Below are positions 36,727 through 48,498 of a DNA stretch of 64,000 bases, one piece after another. A model generated the notes under the pieces. That model made no database searches. It had not been told where the DNA came from and saw only the letters and a program-made list of their open reading frames with translations. This stretch comes from Mustelus asterias (Eukaryota), in the NCBI RefSeq assembly GCF_964213995.1, contig NW_027590476.1, positions 124,001-188,000 of the forward strand, read 5' to 3'. The position numbers and the translations under genes were made by a program. Position 1 is the stretch's first letter. Each line of letters starts with the position of its first letter.

Positions 36727-38074
36727 CAACACAAACAGATCAGCCATGATGTAAATAAATGTTGGAGCAGACTCAAAGGGCCAAATGGCCAACTTCTGCT
36801 CCGATGTCGAATGTTGGTCACAGATTTCTGAGAATTGTGAAACAAGGCTGGAAGATTCGCCTTGCTTGTGTTAGTGGGAAAATGTCCAGGAGAACCATCA
36901 CTGTGAAGGACAGTTCTGGGATTAAAAGGTTGCCCGACTGGAAAAGGAAAACAATGGAAATAAACTCTTGGGGAGTGAAAAATCACCTTGGACTCATTCT
37001 TGGAGAATTGAGTGTCAACATTCCAAGATGGAATAAAATATAACCATTGAGTGCGACATTTGATGGTGTTAAGAGTAAAAGGACAAAGTTCAATTTTACA
37101 GTTTAAGGGTTATGTTCCCGACAAAAAAGTGTTTAGTCATTGTTGCTTCCAGTTTGTTGGAGTAGAAGTCATAAAACTTGAAGTTTTGTCATGTGATTCT
37201 TTGATTTACTCATTGAGTTTAGAATTCATTTCTTTAAATTATTGATCATTACAGAGATCCTAATAATTCATTCAAAGCCCTGTGTTTTGACTTCCCATTT
37301 GAGCCTGGGGCACCTTTCTGTCTCTCTATTGCTTGTGTCAATGACAGCCAGGCGACGGAGCTGAGGGCTGAATTTAGCTGAGAATAATGAGGCCTGCGCC
37401 CCAGTTGGAAAACTGCAATGTATGTTGCAGTAATCGAGAGACAGGAAGGTGCTGGAGGACTGAGTGAGAAATGGGCCTCCAACCAATTGTTATATCGGTC
37501 ACTCAGAGCTAAAGAGAAACTCGTCTCTTTGAATACATATACAGGGAAGAGGCTGCAATGAAATCTGCCCCTTTTAACACGCACAAAAGCTGGATGAGAT
37601 TGACAGGCTGCAGGAGGAGTCCATTCAGCCCATCGTCCTCCTGCTATCTCTTTGAAAGAACTCTCTGATTCATCCAACTGCACTGTTCTTTCCCCAAATT
37701 CTTCCCACTCAAGTCTTTACCCTTTGGAAACTATTGAATCTGCTTTCAGGCAGATCAGAACAACTCACTGTGTCAAAAAATAAAATCTCATCTCCCCCTC
37801 TGGCTCCTTTGCCAATTACCTTAGAGGGACTCACTTTCTGTTAAAGAACCTGCCCACACCTCTCACCCACTTTCCCTAAAGTGCATCAATCTCATCAGGA
37901 AAAGTCCAGAAAAATCAAATATTTTTACTGATAAAAGTCTATTAATGAAACAGAACATGGTTAAAACAAACAGAAAATGACTTGAGGATCAAAGACAACC
38001 AGAGTAAAAGGATCTTCACAATGTTCTGGACACAAATGGTTTCTCTTGAATTCATCTGTAGCCTGTTCCCTGCC

Positions 38075-38700
38075 CTCTTTGTGGAACACCTCCGCTCAGT
38101 CCACAAGCATGACCCTGACCTTCCGCTTGCTTGCCATTAGAATTCACCACCTTGCTCTCACGCTCACATTTCTGTCCTCGACCTGCTGCAATGTTCCGGA
38201 GAAGCCCAACACAAGCTGGACAAACAGCCCCTCATCTTCCGATGAGGCACTTTACAGCCTTCTGGACTCAACATTGAGTTCAACAACTTCACACCCTGAA
38301 CTCTCTCCTCCAATTTGATTTGTTGTATTTTGCCGAGTGCCAGTCTGTATCTTGTTTTCATGTTTTTTGCTTCCAGACAGAGCTGTCCTTTATTCTGCCA
38401 TTAACACTTACTCTGGACCAATGCTTTGTTTCTTTACCACAACCATTACCTCTCCCTTTGCCTTGGGTTCCGGGATATTTTTGTCATTTAATCTCACCCG
38501 CCCTCTAACCAATCCCTGACTTTCCCTTTTGTTCTACCTGACCCTCCCCCCTTTCTCAGCAGCATCAAACCCATCACATTTCTCCCTCTCTTTCGTTCGG
38601 AGATAGAGTTACATTGGACGTGAAACATTAACTCTGTTTCTCTCTCCACAGATGCTGCCAGACCGGCTGTGTTTTTCCAGTTCTTTCTGTATTTATTTTT
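38075..38700 (+). mobile_element. Degenerate Penelope-like 3' fragment
   Basis: Translates with stops as EHLRSV..LACH*NSPP..LIFR*GTLQPSGLNIEF (GIY-YIG C-terminus), followed by a PLE 3' UTR. Confidence 0.75.
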
Positions 38701-38965
38701 GATCTACCTGTAGTGGTAGGAAAAACACTATTTACTATCCAGGATAAAATAAATGTCCTTCATCAGCTTTTGTGGATCATTTCAGTGGAAATGTGCTCTC
38801 CCAGGCTCAAAGAGCATCAGCCCATTGGAAGCAAAGTCGTGAGACCGGCCAGTCCAGCAGAAAGAAACCCTCCGACCCTCCCACTTCCCCCACTGTCAGA
38901 ATGAACATGGTTCAGTCCTGGATGTGATTAACAGCAGCAATAACAGCAGAATCCAACCCCTGTCA

Positions 38966-40176
38966 TCACTTGTGAATTCGCTGGTGTCTCTGCAGGGATG
39001 TTGACTGAGTGAATCCCTTTCCACATACAGAGCAGGTGAATGGTCTCTCCCCAGTGTGAACTCGAACGTGTACCTGCAGTCTGGATAACTGAGTGAATCC
39101 CTTCCCACAGTGAGAGCAGGTAAACAGCCCCTCCCCGGTGTGAACCCGCTGGTGTGTCAGCAGGCTGGATGCCCGGGTGAATCCCTTTCCACACACACAG
39201 CAGATAAATGGCCTCTCCCCAATGTGAGTTCGCTGGTGTTCCCGCAGGTTGAATGAATCAGTGAATCCTTTCCCACACACAGAGCAGGTGAATGGTTTCT
39301 CCCCAGTGTGAACTCGCTGGTGTCTCTGCAGGTGGGATGACGTTCGAAACCTCTTTGTGCAGTGAGAGCAGCTGAACGGTCTCTCCTCGGTGTGAATGTG
39401 CTGGTGGTCCCTCAGATCCTGAGACCTTTTGAATTCACTCCCACAGTCAGAGCATTTAAAGGGTCTCTCACTGGTGTGAACTCACTGGTGTGAACTCGCT
39501 GGTGTTCCTGCAGGTTGGATGTTGATCTAAATCTCTTTGAGCAGTGAGAGCAGCTGAACGGTTTCTCCTCAGTGTGAATTCGCTTGTGTCTCAGCAGTTC
39601 CTGCGACCTTTTGAAGCTGCTCCCACAGTCGGAGCATTTAAAGGGTCTCTCATTGGTGTGAGTGACTTTGTGGTTCAACAGCTTGGAGAAATAAGTGAAT
39701 CCCATGCCACACACAGAGCAGGTGAATGGCCACTCCTCAGTGTGAATACGTCGATGAATTTCCAGCCGAGATGGGAATCTGAATCCCTTCCCACAGTCCC
39801 CACATTTCCACGGTTTCTCCACGGTGCGGGTGTCCTTGTGACTCTCCAGGTTAAACAATCAGTTAAATCTCACACAGAACACAGGTACAGTCTCTGCCCA
39901 CTGTGAAAGCTGTGATGTATTTTCAGGCTGTGTAACTGGTTAAAGCTCTTTCCACAGTCAGTGCACTGGAACACTCTCACTCGGGTGTGTGTGCGTTGCT
40001 GCTTTTCCAGTCACACTGACGTTTTACGCCTTCTGAAGCAGACAGAATAGAGAAACATTTCTCCTTCTAGATGCAAAGGCCGATGGTATTCAGGTCCAGA
40101 TGAATTGAGCGACTGTCAGATCTTGACATGGCGTATGGTTTGGGATTCTGTCAATGGATCCTAACCTTCTGATATC
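38966..40176 (-). pseudogene. C2H2 zinc-finger gene D (10 fingers), frameshifted
   Basis: A 14-bp tandem duplication ACTGGTGTGAACTC (39470-39497) shifts the frame after finger 4; the paralogous start codon is GTG. Confidence 0.88.
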
Positions 40177-40629
40177 CTATAAACGGAGTTTGCAGCAGAC
40201 ATCACAGTCACTACAGGATCAAAATTCAGAACAGATAATTCTAGTTTCTATAGAACATTCTTTCCCCACTCATTCCCCTAAACCTGTAAGTTGGTTAAGA
40301 TACAGGGGGTTGTGATTAGTCATGCTCCTGAACTTGCTGCCTCTGAGGGTAGTCAAGCAGAGATGGTCAGTAATTTCTAAATGAGATTGGATGGGTGCTG
40401 CAGGATTACAGAATGGGACCCTCTCCAGACTGACAGAATTGCTCGACAGAGAGTCAGCAGGGCCTCGAATTGTCCAATGGACTCCCCCTGTGCTATAATG
40501 GCTCTGACTGGAAATATATAACATAGCTACAGTACTATATTACAAGACAAGAAATAATAATAAATGTACTTTATTATAGAACCATCCAATATTTATCACG
40601 TAACCACACTGTCATAATTCTATCCTCAG

Positions 40630-41520
40630 AGTTTTAAAGCACAGCAAGAGGCCCTTTGACCCATCGTATTTGTGCCAGCTCTCAAGCACCGATCTGTTCT
40701 AAGCCCACCTTTCACCACTTGGTCAGTAGCAGCCTTATATGTTATGGGTCTTCAAGTACTTATCTAAATGCTTCTTAATGTTGAGTGTTCCCACCTCTCC
40801 CACCCTTTCAAGCAGTGAGTTCCCGATTCCCACCACCCTCTGGGTGAAAATCTTTTCCCTCAAATCCCCTCTAAATTTCCTGCCCCTCACCTTAAATCTA
40901 TGTCCCTGGATATTGACCCAGCTACTAAAGGTCAGTGAACTGAGGGTTCATATTTTTGTACATCTCAATCAGGCTCCCCCTCAGCCTTCTCTGCTTTAGA
41001 GAGACCAATTCGAGCCTAACCAGCCTCTCTTCATGACTGACACGTTCCAGCCCAGGCAGCATCCTGGTGAATGTCCTCTGCACCTTCTCCAGTGCAATCA
41101 CATCCTTCCTAAAGTGTGGCGACCCAAACTGCAGACAGTACTCGAGCATTTTATACACTCAGTCATAACCTGCCTGCTGTATATTTGATGCTTTGGCTAA
41201 AAAAGACAAGTATCCCATATCCCTTCTTAACCAGTTTATCAATCTGTCCTGCTGTGTTCAGGGTCCTATGGACATGCACCCCAAGGTCCCTCTGGTCTTC
41301 TGTACTCCTGGCGTCCTATTGTTCATTATCTGTTCCCTTGCCTTGTTAGTCCTTCCAAAATGCATCACCTCAGACATTTCAGGGTTAAATTACATTTGCC
41401 ACTGTTCTGCCCATCTAACCAGCCCGCCCACATCATCCTGTAATCTAAGGCTTTCCTCCTCGCTATTTACCACATCACCAATTTTTGGACCATCAGCAAA
41501 CTTACTGATCGAACCCCCAC
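40630..41520 (-). mobile_element. Degenerate CR1 fragment
   Basis: SKFADGPK, LEYCLQF, LEKVQRTFTRMLPG. Confidence 0.85.
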
Positions 41521-41529
41521 ATTCATGTC

Positions 41530-41915
41530 CACAGGAAGTTCCGCGTGGCCATTGACACAGGGCCAGGACTCTGATTGGCTGGAGGACCATCGCCCATCCG
41601 GTCCTCCAAGCGTTACCATTGGTCAATCTGCCGCATGTAGACAATAAGGGGGCGGAACCCGAGCCCACGTGAGGGTGGGCGGGGCTTTGACCGCCAGCCG
41701 TGCTGAGCTGGTGTCCAATCCGCAGTGTGCTGCTTCTGTAACCAGTGATATTGCTGCCAATGGGACAGTGTGTGCTGGGAACGCCCCTCTGAGTCATTGT
41801 GACGGCACAATGGAGCCCTGCCTGAATCACCCAATAGCAATCACTCTGCTCCGCAGTGACGTCTCCAGGTTCAGGCGCACGGACCCGGGAGCCCCGCCCC
41901 CACCCATTGTTCCCC
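41530..41915 (-). promoter_or_regulatory. ZNF promoter module (probably gene D)
   Basis: Multiple CCAAT/ATTGG, GC boxes and TGACGT; homologous to 31300-31420 and 46980-47070. Confidence 0.6.
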
Positions 41916-42013
41916 CAGTCTGTCCATTCCACACATTGTTAGTCCAGTCAGATAGACATATATCTGTCTGGCAGCCTGCGTGGAGATTTCCAGCTGTGTG
42001 TGTCGAAGGCAGG

Positions 42014-42225
42014 ATGTGGAGGCATTGGACTGGGGTAAACACAGTAAGAAGTTTCACAACACTCGGTTAAAGTCTAACAGGTTTACCTGGTAGCAAAAGC
42101 CACTAGCTTTCGAAGTGCTGCTCATTCATCAGGTTAGTGGGATTTCAGTTCACAAACAGGGCACAAAGACACAAACTCAATTTACAAAATAATGAGGCAG
42201 GACACAGTAAGAAGTCTCACAACAG
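42014..42225 (-). mobile_element. PLE terminus fragment with decayed hammerhead motif
   Basis: Matches 12234-12420; CTGATGA..GAAA present on the minus strand but stem II is poorly paired. Confidence 0.7.
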
Positions 42226-42329
42226 GGCAGGAAGCAGTGAGCATGGATCTGTCAATCAGCACCTTCAGGAGAATTGGGAGGGTGAATATTAGATACAACA
42301 GAATGAGAATGGAGGGAGTATTGGGTAAA

Positions 42330-42613
42330 GGGCAGCACCGCGGAAAGCACTGCTGCCTCACAGCGCCAGGGACCAGGGTTCAATTCCCAGCTTGGATCAC
42401 TGAGTCTGCGGACTCTGCATGTTTTCCCCGTGCTTGCATGGATTTCCACCGGTCACCTCCCACAGTCCGAAAGACGTGTTGGTTAGGCACATTGGTTACA
42501 CTGAAGGAGAATTTGGCATGGCCAAACAAGTGCCGGAGTGTGACAACTCAGGGACTTTCACAGTAACTTCATTGCAATGCTAATGTAAACCAACTTCTCC
42601 CACTAATAAATAA
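42330..42613 (+). mobile_element. HE1-related SINE variant
   Basis: Degenerate HE1 head/core with a (TAAA)n tail. Confidence 0.7.
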
Positions 42614-42739
42614 AAAGGATTCAGATTTACAGCTTTTGGGGAATAAGAGAGGAAATAATGTTCCATCGAAACTAAAATTGTTTGTTCTGAATTTCTATCT
42701 TGTACTGACTGTGATGTCTGTTGTAAACACCTTTTACAG

Positions 42740-44005
42740 GATATTAGAAGGCGAGGATTTACAGACAGAAATCTCCAACTTCACGTACAGATCTGACAGT
42801 CACTTGATTCCTTGCGACCAGAATATCATCGGCTTTGAATCTAGAAGGAGAAATGTTTCTCTGTTCTGTCGGTTTAGACCATAAGACACAGGAGCAGAAT
42901 TAGGCCACTTGGCCCATCGAGTCTGCTCCGCCATTCAATCATGGCTGATATTTTTCTCATCCCCATTCTCCTGCCTTTTTCCCATCACCCCTGATCCCCT
43001 TATTAATCAAGAATCTATTTATCTCTGTCTTAAAGACACTCAATGACCTGGCCTCCACAGCCTTCTGCGGCAAAGAGTTCCACAGATTCACCACTTTCTG
43101 GCTGATGAAATTCCTCCTCATCTCTGTTTTGAAGGATTGTCCCTTTCGTCTGAGGTTGTGCCCTCTAGTTCGAGTTCTTCCTACTAATGGAAACATCCTC
43201 TCCACGTCCACTCTATCCAGGCCTCGCAATATCCTGTAACTTTCATTAAGATCCCCGCTCATCCTTCTAAACTCCAACGAGTACAGACCCAGAGTCCTCA
43301 ACTGTTCCTCATAGGACAAGCTTTGGGGCGGCACGGTAGCACAGTGGTTAGCACTGCTGCTTCACAGCTCCAGGGAATTGGGTTCGATTCCCGGCTTGGG
43401 TCACTGTCTGTGTGGAGTTTGCACATTCTCCTCGTGTCTGTGTGGGTTTCCTCCGGGTGCTCCGGTTTCCTCCCACAGTCCAAAGATGTGCGGGTTAGGT
43501 TGATTGGCCATGCTAAAAAATTGCCCCTTAGTGTCCCGGGACGTGTAGGTTAGAGGGATTAGTGGGTAAAATATGTAGGGATATGGGGGAAGGGCCTGGG
43601 TGGGATTGTGGTCGGTGCAGACTCGATGGGCCAAATGGCCTCTTTCTGTACTTTCGGGATTCTATTCTATTCTATTCTAAGCTCGTCATTCCAGGGATCA
43701 TTCTTGTGAACCTCCTCTGGACCTTTTCCAAAGCCAGCACATCCGTCCTTAGATATGGGGACCAAAACTGCTCACAATATTCCAAATGGGGTTTCAAATG
43801 ATTTGAAACATCAGTGTGACTGGAAAGACACCAACACACACATACAAACACACCTGAGTGAGAGTGTTCCAGTGCACTGACTATGGAAAGAGCTTTAACT
43901 GGTTACCCATCCTGAAAAAACATCGCACCATTCACAGCGGGGAGAGACCATACACATGCGTGTGGATCAGGCTTCAATTGCCTTATCTGGAGAGATATAG
44001 GGAAG
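42740..44005 (+). pseudogene. Remnant of ZNF gene E: 5' part of the coding exon only, split by CR1 and SINE
   Basis: Paralogous acceptor CTTTTACAG|GATATTAGAAGG; the leader resumes at ~43792 (TTTCAAATGATTTGAAACATCAG..) and ends before any intact finger array. Confidence 0.7.
42875..43791 (-). mobile_element. CR1 3' fragment containing an HE1 SINE (43325-43678, +)
   Basis: LGLYSLEFRRMSGD..RTRGHNL; the SINE is flanked by TSD AAGCT. Confidence 0.88.
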
Positions 44006-44397
44006 GCTGTCCTTTATTCAGCCATTAAACTTACTCTGGACCAATGCTTTATTTATTTACAACAACCGTTACCTCTCCCTTTCTCTTTTGCTCCAGGATA
44101 TTCTTTTCCATGAGCTGCATTTTTTCAGTTCTTTCTGCATTTATTTTAGGCCTGCATGTAGTAGGGGGGGAAAACACATTATTTACAACCAGATAACATA
44201 AACATCCTTCATCGCCTTATGTGGATCATTTCAGTGGAAATGTGCTCTCCCAGGCTCAAAGAGTATCAGCATTGGAAGCAAAGTTGGGAGAAGGGCCAGT
44301 CCAGCAGAAAGAAACCCTCCGACCCTCCCACTTCACCAACTGTCAGAATGAACATGGTTCAGTCCTGGATGTGATTAACAGCAGCATCCAACCCGTG

Positions 44398-45018
44398 TCA
44401 GCAATTGTGAACCCGCTGGTGTCTCAGCAGGGATGTTGACCGAGTGAATCCCTTCCCACACTGAGAGCAGGTGAATGGTCTCTCCCCAGTGTGAACTCGC
44501 TGGTGTGTCTGCAGGGTGGATAACTGAGTGAATCCCTTCCCACAGTCAGAGCAGATGAACGGTTTCTCCCCGGTATGAAACTGATGGTGTCTCACCAGGG
44601 TGGAGGAATCTCGGAATCGCTTCCCACAATCAGAGCAGGTGAATGGTCTTTCCCCAGTGTGAACTCTCTGGTGTTTCTGCAGAGTGGATGAATCTCTGAA
44701 TCCCTTTCCACACTCAGTGCAGATGAATGGCCTCTCTCCAGTGTGAACTCGCTGGTGTCCGAGCAGGTTGGATGACTGAGTGAATCCCTTCCCACAGTCA
44801 ATGCAGATAAAAGGCCTCTCCCCTGTGTGAACTCGCTGGTGTGTCCGCAGGTGGGATAACTGAGTGAATCCCTTCCCACAGTCAGAGCAAGCAAACGGCC
44901 TCTCCCCGGTGTGAATGCGTCGATGACTTTCCAGGCTTGATGGAGTAATGAAGCCCTTCCCACAGTCCGCACATTTCCATGGTTTCTCCATGGTACAGGT
45001 GTCCTTGTGACTCTCCAT
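44398..45018 (-). CDS. C2H2 zinc-finger gene F, intact, 7 fingers
   Basis: Open frame [16 protein letters not shown]... with 7 canonical fingers; acceptor at ~45332; non-coding exon-1 donor at ~46926. Confidence 0.88.
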   Translation of the reverse strand: MESHKDTCTMEKPWKCADCGKGFITPSSLESHRRIHTGERPFACSDCGKGFTQLSHLRTHQRVHTGERPFICIDCGKGFTQSSNLLGHQRVHTGERPFICTECGKGFRDSSTLQKHQRVHTGERPFTCSDCGKRFRDSSTLVRHHQFHTGEKPFICSDCGKGFTQLSTLQTHQRVHTGERPFTCSQCGKGFTRSTSLLRHQRVHNC

Positions 45019-45429
45019 ATTCAAGAATCAACTGAGGTGTCCACACACACAGAACACATGTAGCGTCTTTCCCGGTTCCAAAGGGTAATGTTTTGAAAAA
45101 CTGTGTAACTAGTTAAAGCTGAAACACTCTCACTCAGATGTGCATGTGTCTCGGTGCTTTTCCAGTCACACTGATGTTTAAAATCTTCTGTAGCAGACAA
45201 AATAGACAAACATTTCTCCTTCAAGATTCAAAGCTGATGATATTCAGCTCCCAATGAATTGAGTGACTGTCAGATGTTGATGTGACGTTTGGTTCGAGAT
45301 TTCTGTCTGTAAATCCTCACCTTCTGATATCCTGTAAAAGAGTTTACAAAAGTCATCATTGTCAGAACAGGATAGAAATTCAAAACAGATAATTCGAGTT
45401 TCTACGGAGCATTCTTTCCTCTCTCATTT

Positions 45430-45712
45430 GGCACAGTGGTTAGCATTGTTCTCTCAGAGCACCAGGGACCTGACTTTGATTCCCAGCTTGGGTCACTGTC
45501 TGTCCGGAGTCTGCACGTTCTCCCCGTGTCTGCGTGGATTTACTTCGGGTGCTCAGGTTTTCTGCCACAGTCCGAAAGACGTGCTGGTTAGGTGCATTGG
45601 CCATGCTAAATTCTCCCTCAGTCTACCCGAGTGTGGCAACTAGGGGATTTTCACAGTAACTTCATTGCAGTGTTAATGTAAGCCTACTTGTGACACTAAT
45701 AAATAAATAAAA
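45430..45712 (+). mobile_element. HE1-related SINE variant
   Basis: GGCACAGTGGTTAGCA head, HE1 core, (TAAA)n tail. Confidence 0.75.
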
Positions 45713-46349
45713 TCCCAAAATCTGAAAATCTCCATCTCAGACACTCTCCCTCCATTCTCATTCTGCTGTATCCAATATTCACCCTCCCAATTCTAATGAA
45801 TGAGTCGTGCTGATCTATCGATACAAGGTTCTGGAGTCAGACACCCAAACATTTTAATTCAGTAAATGTACATATATCTCTCCAGATGCACAATTAGCTG
45901 TACAGAAAATGTTTGATAGAAAGTACTGTATCTTTTAATCAGAGATAGAGTAGGGGGTGTGTGAGGAAGAACTTAATTTAGACAGCGAATGGGCATAATC
46001 AGAAAATCACACCAGTGGTGGAAGTGGAGAAAAATAATTTCAAATAAATTGGGTTGGATATTTGAAGGAAATAAACATGGAGGGAAACAGTGTTATAGAG
46101 GAGGAGTGGGATTGACTATATTGTCCTACAGAGAGTCGGCATGGACTCGAGTTACTGAATGGACTCCGCCTGTGCGGTAATGACTCTGACTAGAAATTTA
46201 TAATGTAGCTACAGTGGTATGTTACAAGACTAGAAATAATAAATGTATTTTATCACAGAACCACTATTGTATATCTAATCTGTACCATGTAACAACATTA
46301 GATGTATCTCTGTCCTATATTTACTGTCTCCTTAAATGTCAGCCATCTC

Positions 46350-46676
46350 CTGATGTTCCCGATGGTGAGAGAGTCCAGAACTAGGGGTCATAGTTTGAAG
46401 ATAAGGGGTAAACCTTTTAGAAATGAAGTGAGAAGAAATGTCTTCACCCAGAGAGTGGTGAATGTGCGGAATTCACTACCACAGAAAGTAGTTGAGGCCA
46501 AAACGCTGTGTGATTTCTAGATTAAATTAGATAGAGCTCTTGAGGTTCAAGGGATCAAGGGATATGGGGGGTGGGAGGGGGATCAGAATATTGAATTTGA
46601 TGATCATCCATGATCATAATGAATGGTGGAGTAAACGCAAAGGGCCGAATGGCCTACTCCTGCTTCGAGTTTCTAT
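46350..46676 (+). mobile_element. CR1 3' fragment
   Basis: SRTRGHSLKIRG..FTQRVVN and CR1 3' UTR. Confidence 0.85.
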
Positions 46677-46926
46677 CTCCTGGGGAAACCAGTCCTTTAA
46701 TTGTGAACATTAGGAAAGGGACCTTTTAGCCAGACAAATCAGCGTGTCAAGCTGAGGGAGCAAAGGATGTCAATGTCTTTAAGAGAGAGAGAGAGAAACC
46801 TGGGCCAACCTTTCCAGAATCTGCAGCCTCCCTGGATTCCTTGCCCTTCAGTTGCTGCAAGTCCCCAGTTTCCCCCAGAATGAGAAAAGAAATGGAAAGG
46901 GGGAGAAAGGAAAGTGTTTTACTCAC

Positions 46927-47535
46927 AGATGGTGGCGACAGGGGGAAGTTTGAGTCTGAAGCTCATTGGCCAACTTCCGCATTGTGACGTCCGAATGGAG
47001 TGCTGCCTGGATCAGCCAATCACTCTGCTCCGCGGTGACGTCTCCGGGTTCCCCGCCCCCACCCATTCTTCCCCCTGCACCTCCCCCTCCTCGAGCCAAG
47101 GTTTCCAGGCAATTGGCTGACGGCTCCGGCCAGAGCGAGAAGCTGATCGGTGATCTCCCCCTCCGGCAGGGGACTGCGCATGTTTAAAGGAGAGGAAAAC
47201 TGCGCATGTGCGGGGCCGCCCACCCCTCCTTGACTTTCTTGCTGAGGTCCTGACCAATGGAAAAGGCTAGAAGACCGGAAGGACTCTGATCCTCCAGCCA
47301 ATCAGAGCTCCCCATGGTCTGAATGCGGAAGTTGCACAATGAGCTTGTTCAGCTGCTCATTCCTGCCCAGCAAAGCTGCTGCTGCTGCTTCTCTCTGAAT
47401 GAACATTGAGCTTCAGACGGCCTGAAACGTGCCTCCTCTGGGGCAGCGCCTGCACTTTGTTTCCGGGGTGAAGTGGTTTCACGTTCGCCCGAGTAGCGGG
47501 GGGCCCCGGGTCGGAGCCGGGCGGAAACTGTGGGT
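46927..47535. promoter_or_regulatory. Bidirectional CpG-island promoter between ZNF F (minus) and the Tx1/Ig side (plus)
   Basis: Oppositely oriented CCAAT/ETS modules (ACTTCCGC at 46973; GCGGAAGT at 47325), two TGCGCATG NRF1-like sites, CRE-like and GC boxes. Confidence 0.7.
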
Positions 47536-47685
47536 TTGTTTTCTTTTCTTTTTTTTGTGAGTACCTTTATTTATTTATTTTTTTTCTCTCTCGTTTGTGC
47601 TCACGGAGACGCCCGGTTTTTGTTTTTGTTTTGTTGGGTTTGTTTGTTTTTCGCTCCCTGCGGGGAGGAAGGAGGGAGGTGAGCT

Positions 47686-48105
47686 GCTGCCTGCCTTGCC
47701 CGGCCTGCCTGTTGCCTGCCTGCCTGCCGTCTGGCCTGCTTACCTGCCTGCCTGCCGTCTGGCCTGCTTACCTGCCTGCCTGCCGTCTGGCCTGCTTACC
47801 TGCCTGCCTGCCGTCTGGCCTGCTCACCTGCCTGCCTGCCGTCTGGCCTGCTTACCTGCCGTCTGGCCTGCTTACCTGCCTGCCTGCCGTCTGGCCTGCT
47901 TACCTGCCTGCCGTCTGGCCTGCTTGCCTGCCTGCCGTCTGGCCTGCTTACCTGCCTGTCTGCCGTCTGGCCTGCTTACCTGCCTGCCGTCTGGACTGCC
48001 TGCCTGCCTGCCGTCTGGGCTGCCTGCCGTCTGGACTGCCTGCCTGCCTGCTTGCCGTTTGGCCTACCTGCCGTCTGGACTGCCTGACTGCCTGCTTGCC
48101 TGCCA
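47686..48105. repeat. (GCCT)n-based minisatellite (20-28 bp units) in the Tx1 5' UTR
   Basis: Repeats of GCCTGCCGTCTGGCCTGCTTACCT with a variable GCCT number. Confidence 0.92.
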
Positions 48106-48498
48106 TCCGGCCTCTGGAGGGTGCGCTCTCCCCGGGGGGAGGGAGGAAGAGAGGACAGGGAGTGACTGGAGGAGAGGGGGGGGGGCGAAGGCGTTTGGAC
48201 TGTCTCTTTTCCATCTGCAGTGGGGGGGGGTGAAGGCCTTTTCCTAATTCCCCTACCCACTACTGCTGCCTCCGGGACCGGCATCCCCTCCCCTTTTTCC
48301 CTCCTGACTGGGGCACCGGCCTTGTGCCTCATCTCCCTCCTGCTCCTCCAACCTCCTCTCTCCCTCTCTCGCTCCGGGGAGAGAGCACCTACACCCTTCC
48401 CCGCCTACCCCACCCTGCCTTATCTTCCCCATCCCACATACGCCCTGCCGTGCATCTGGGCAGTCTCGGGGTGGGTGTAGCACTTCCCCTGATCACTA

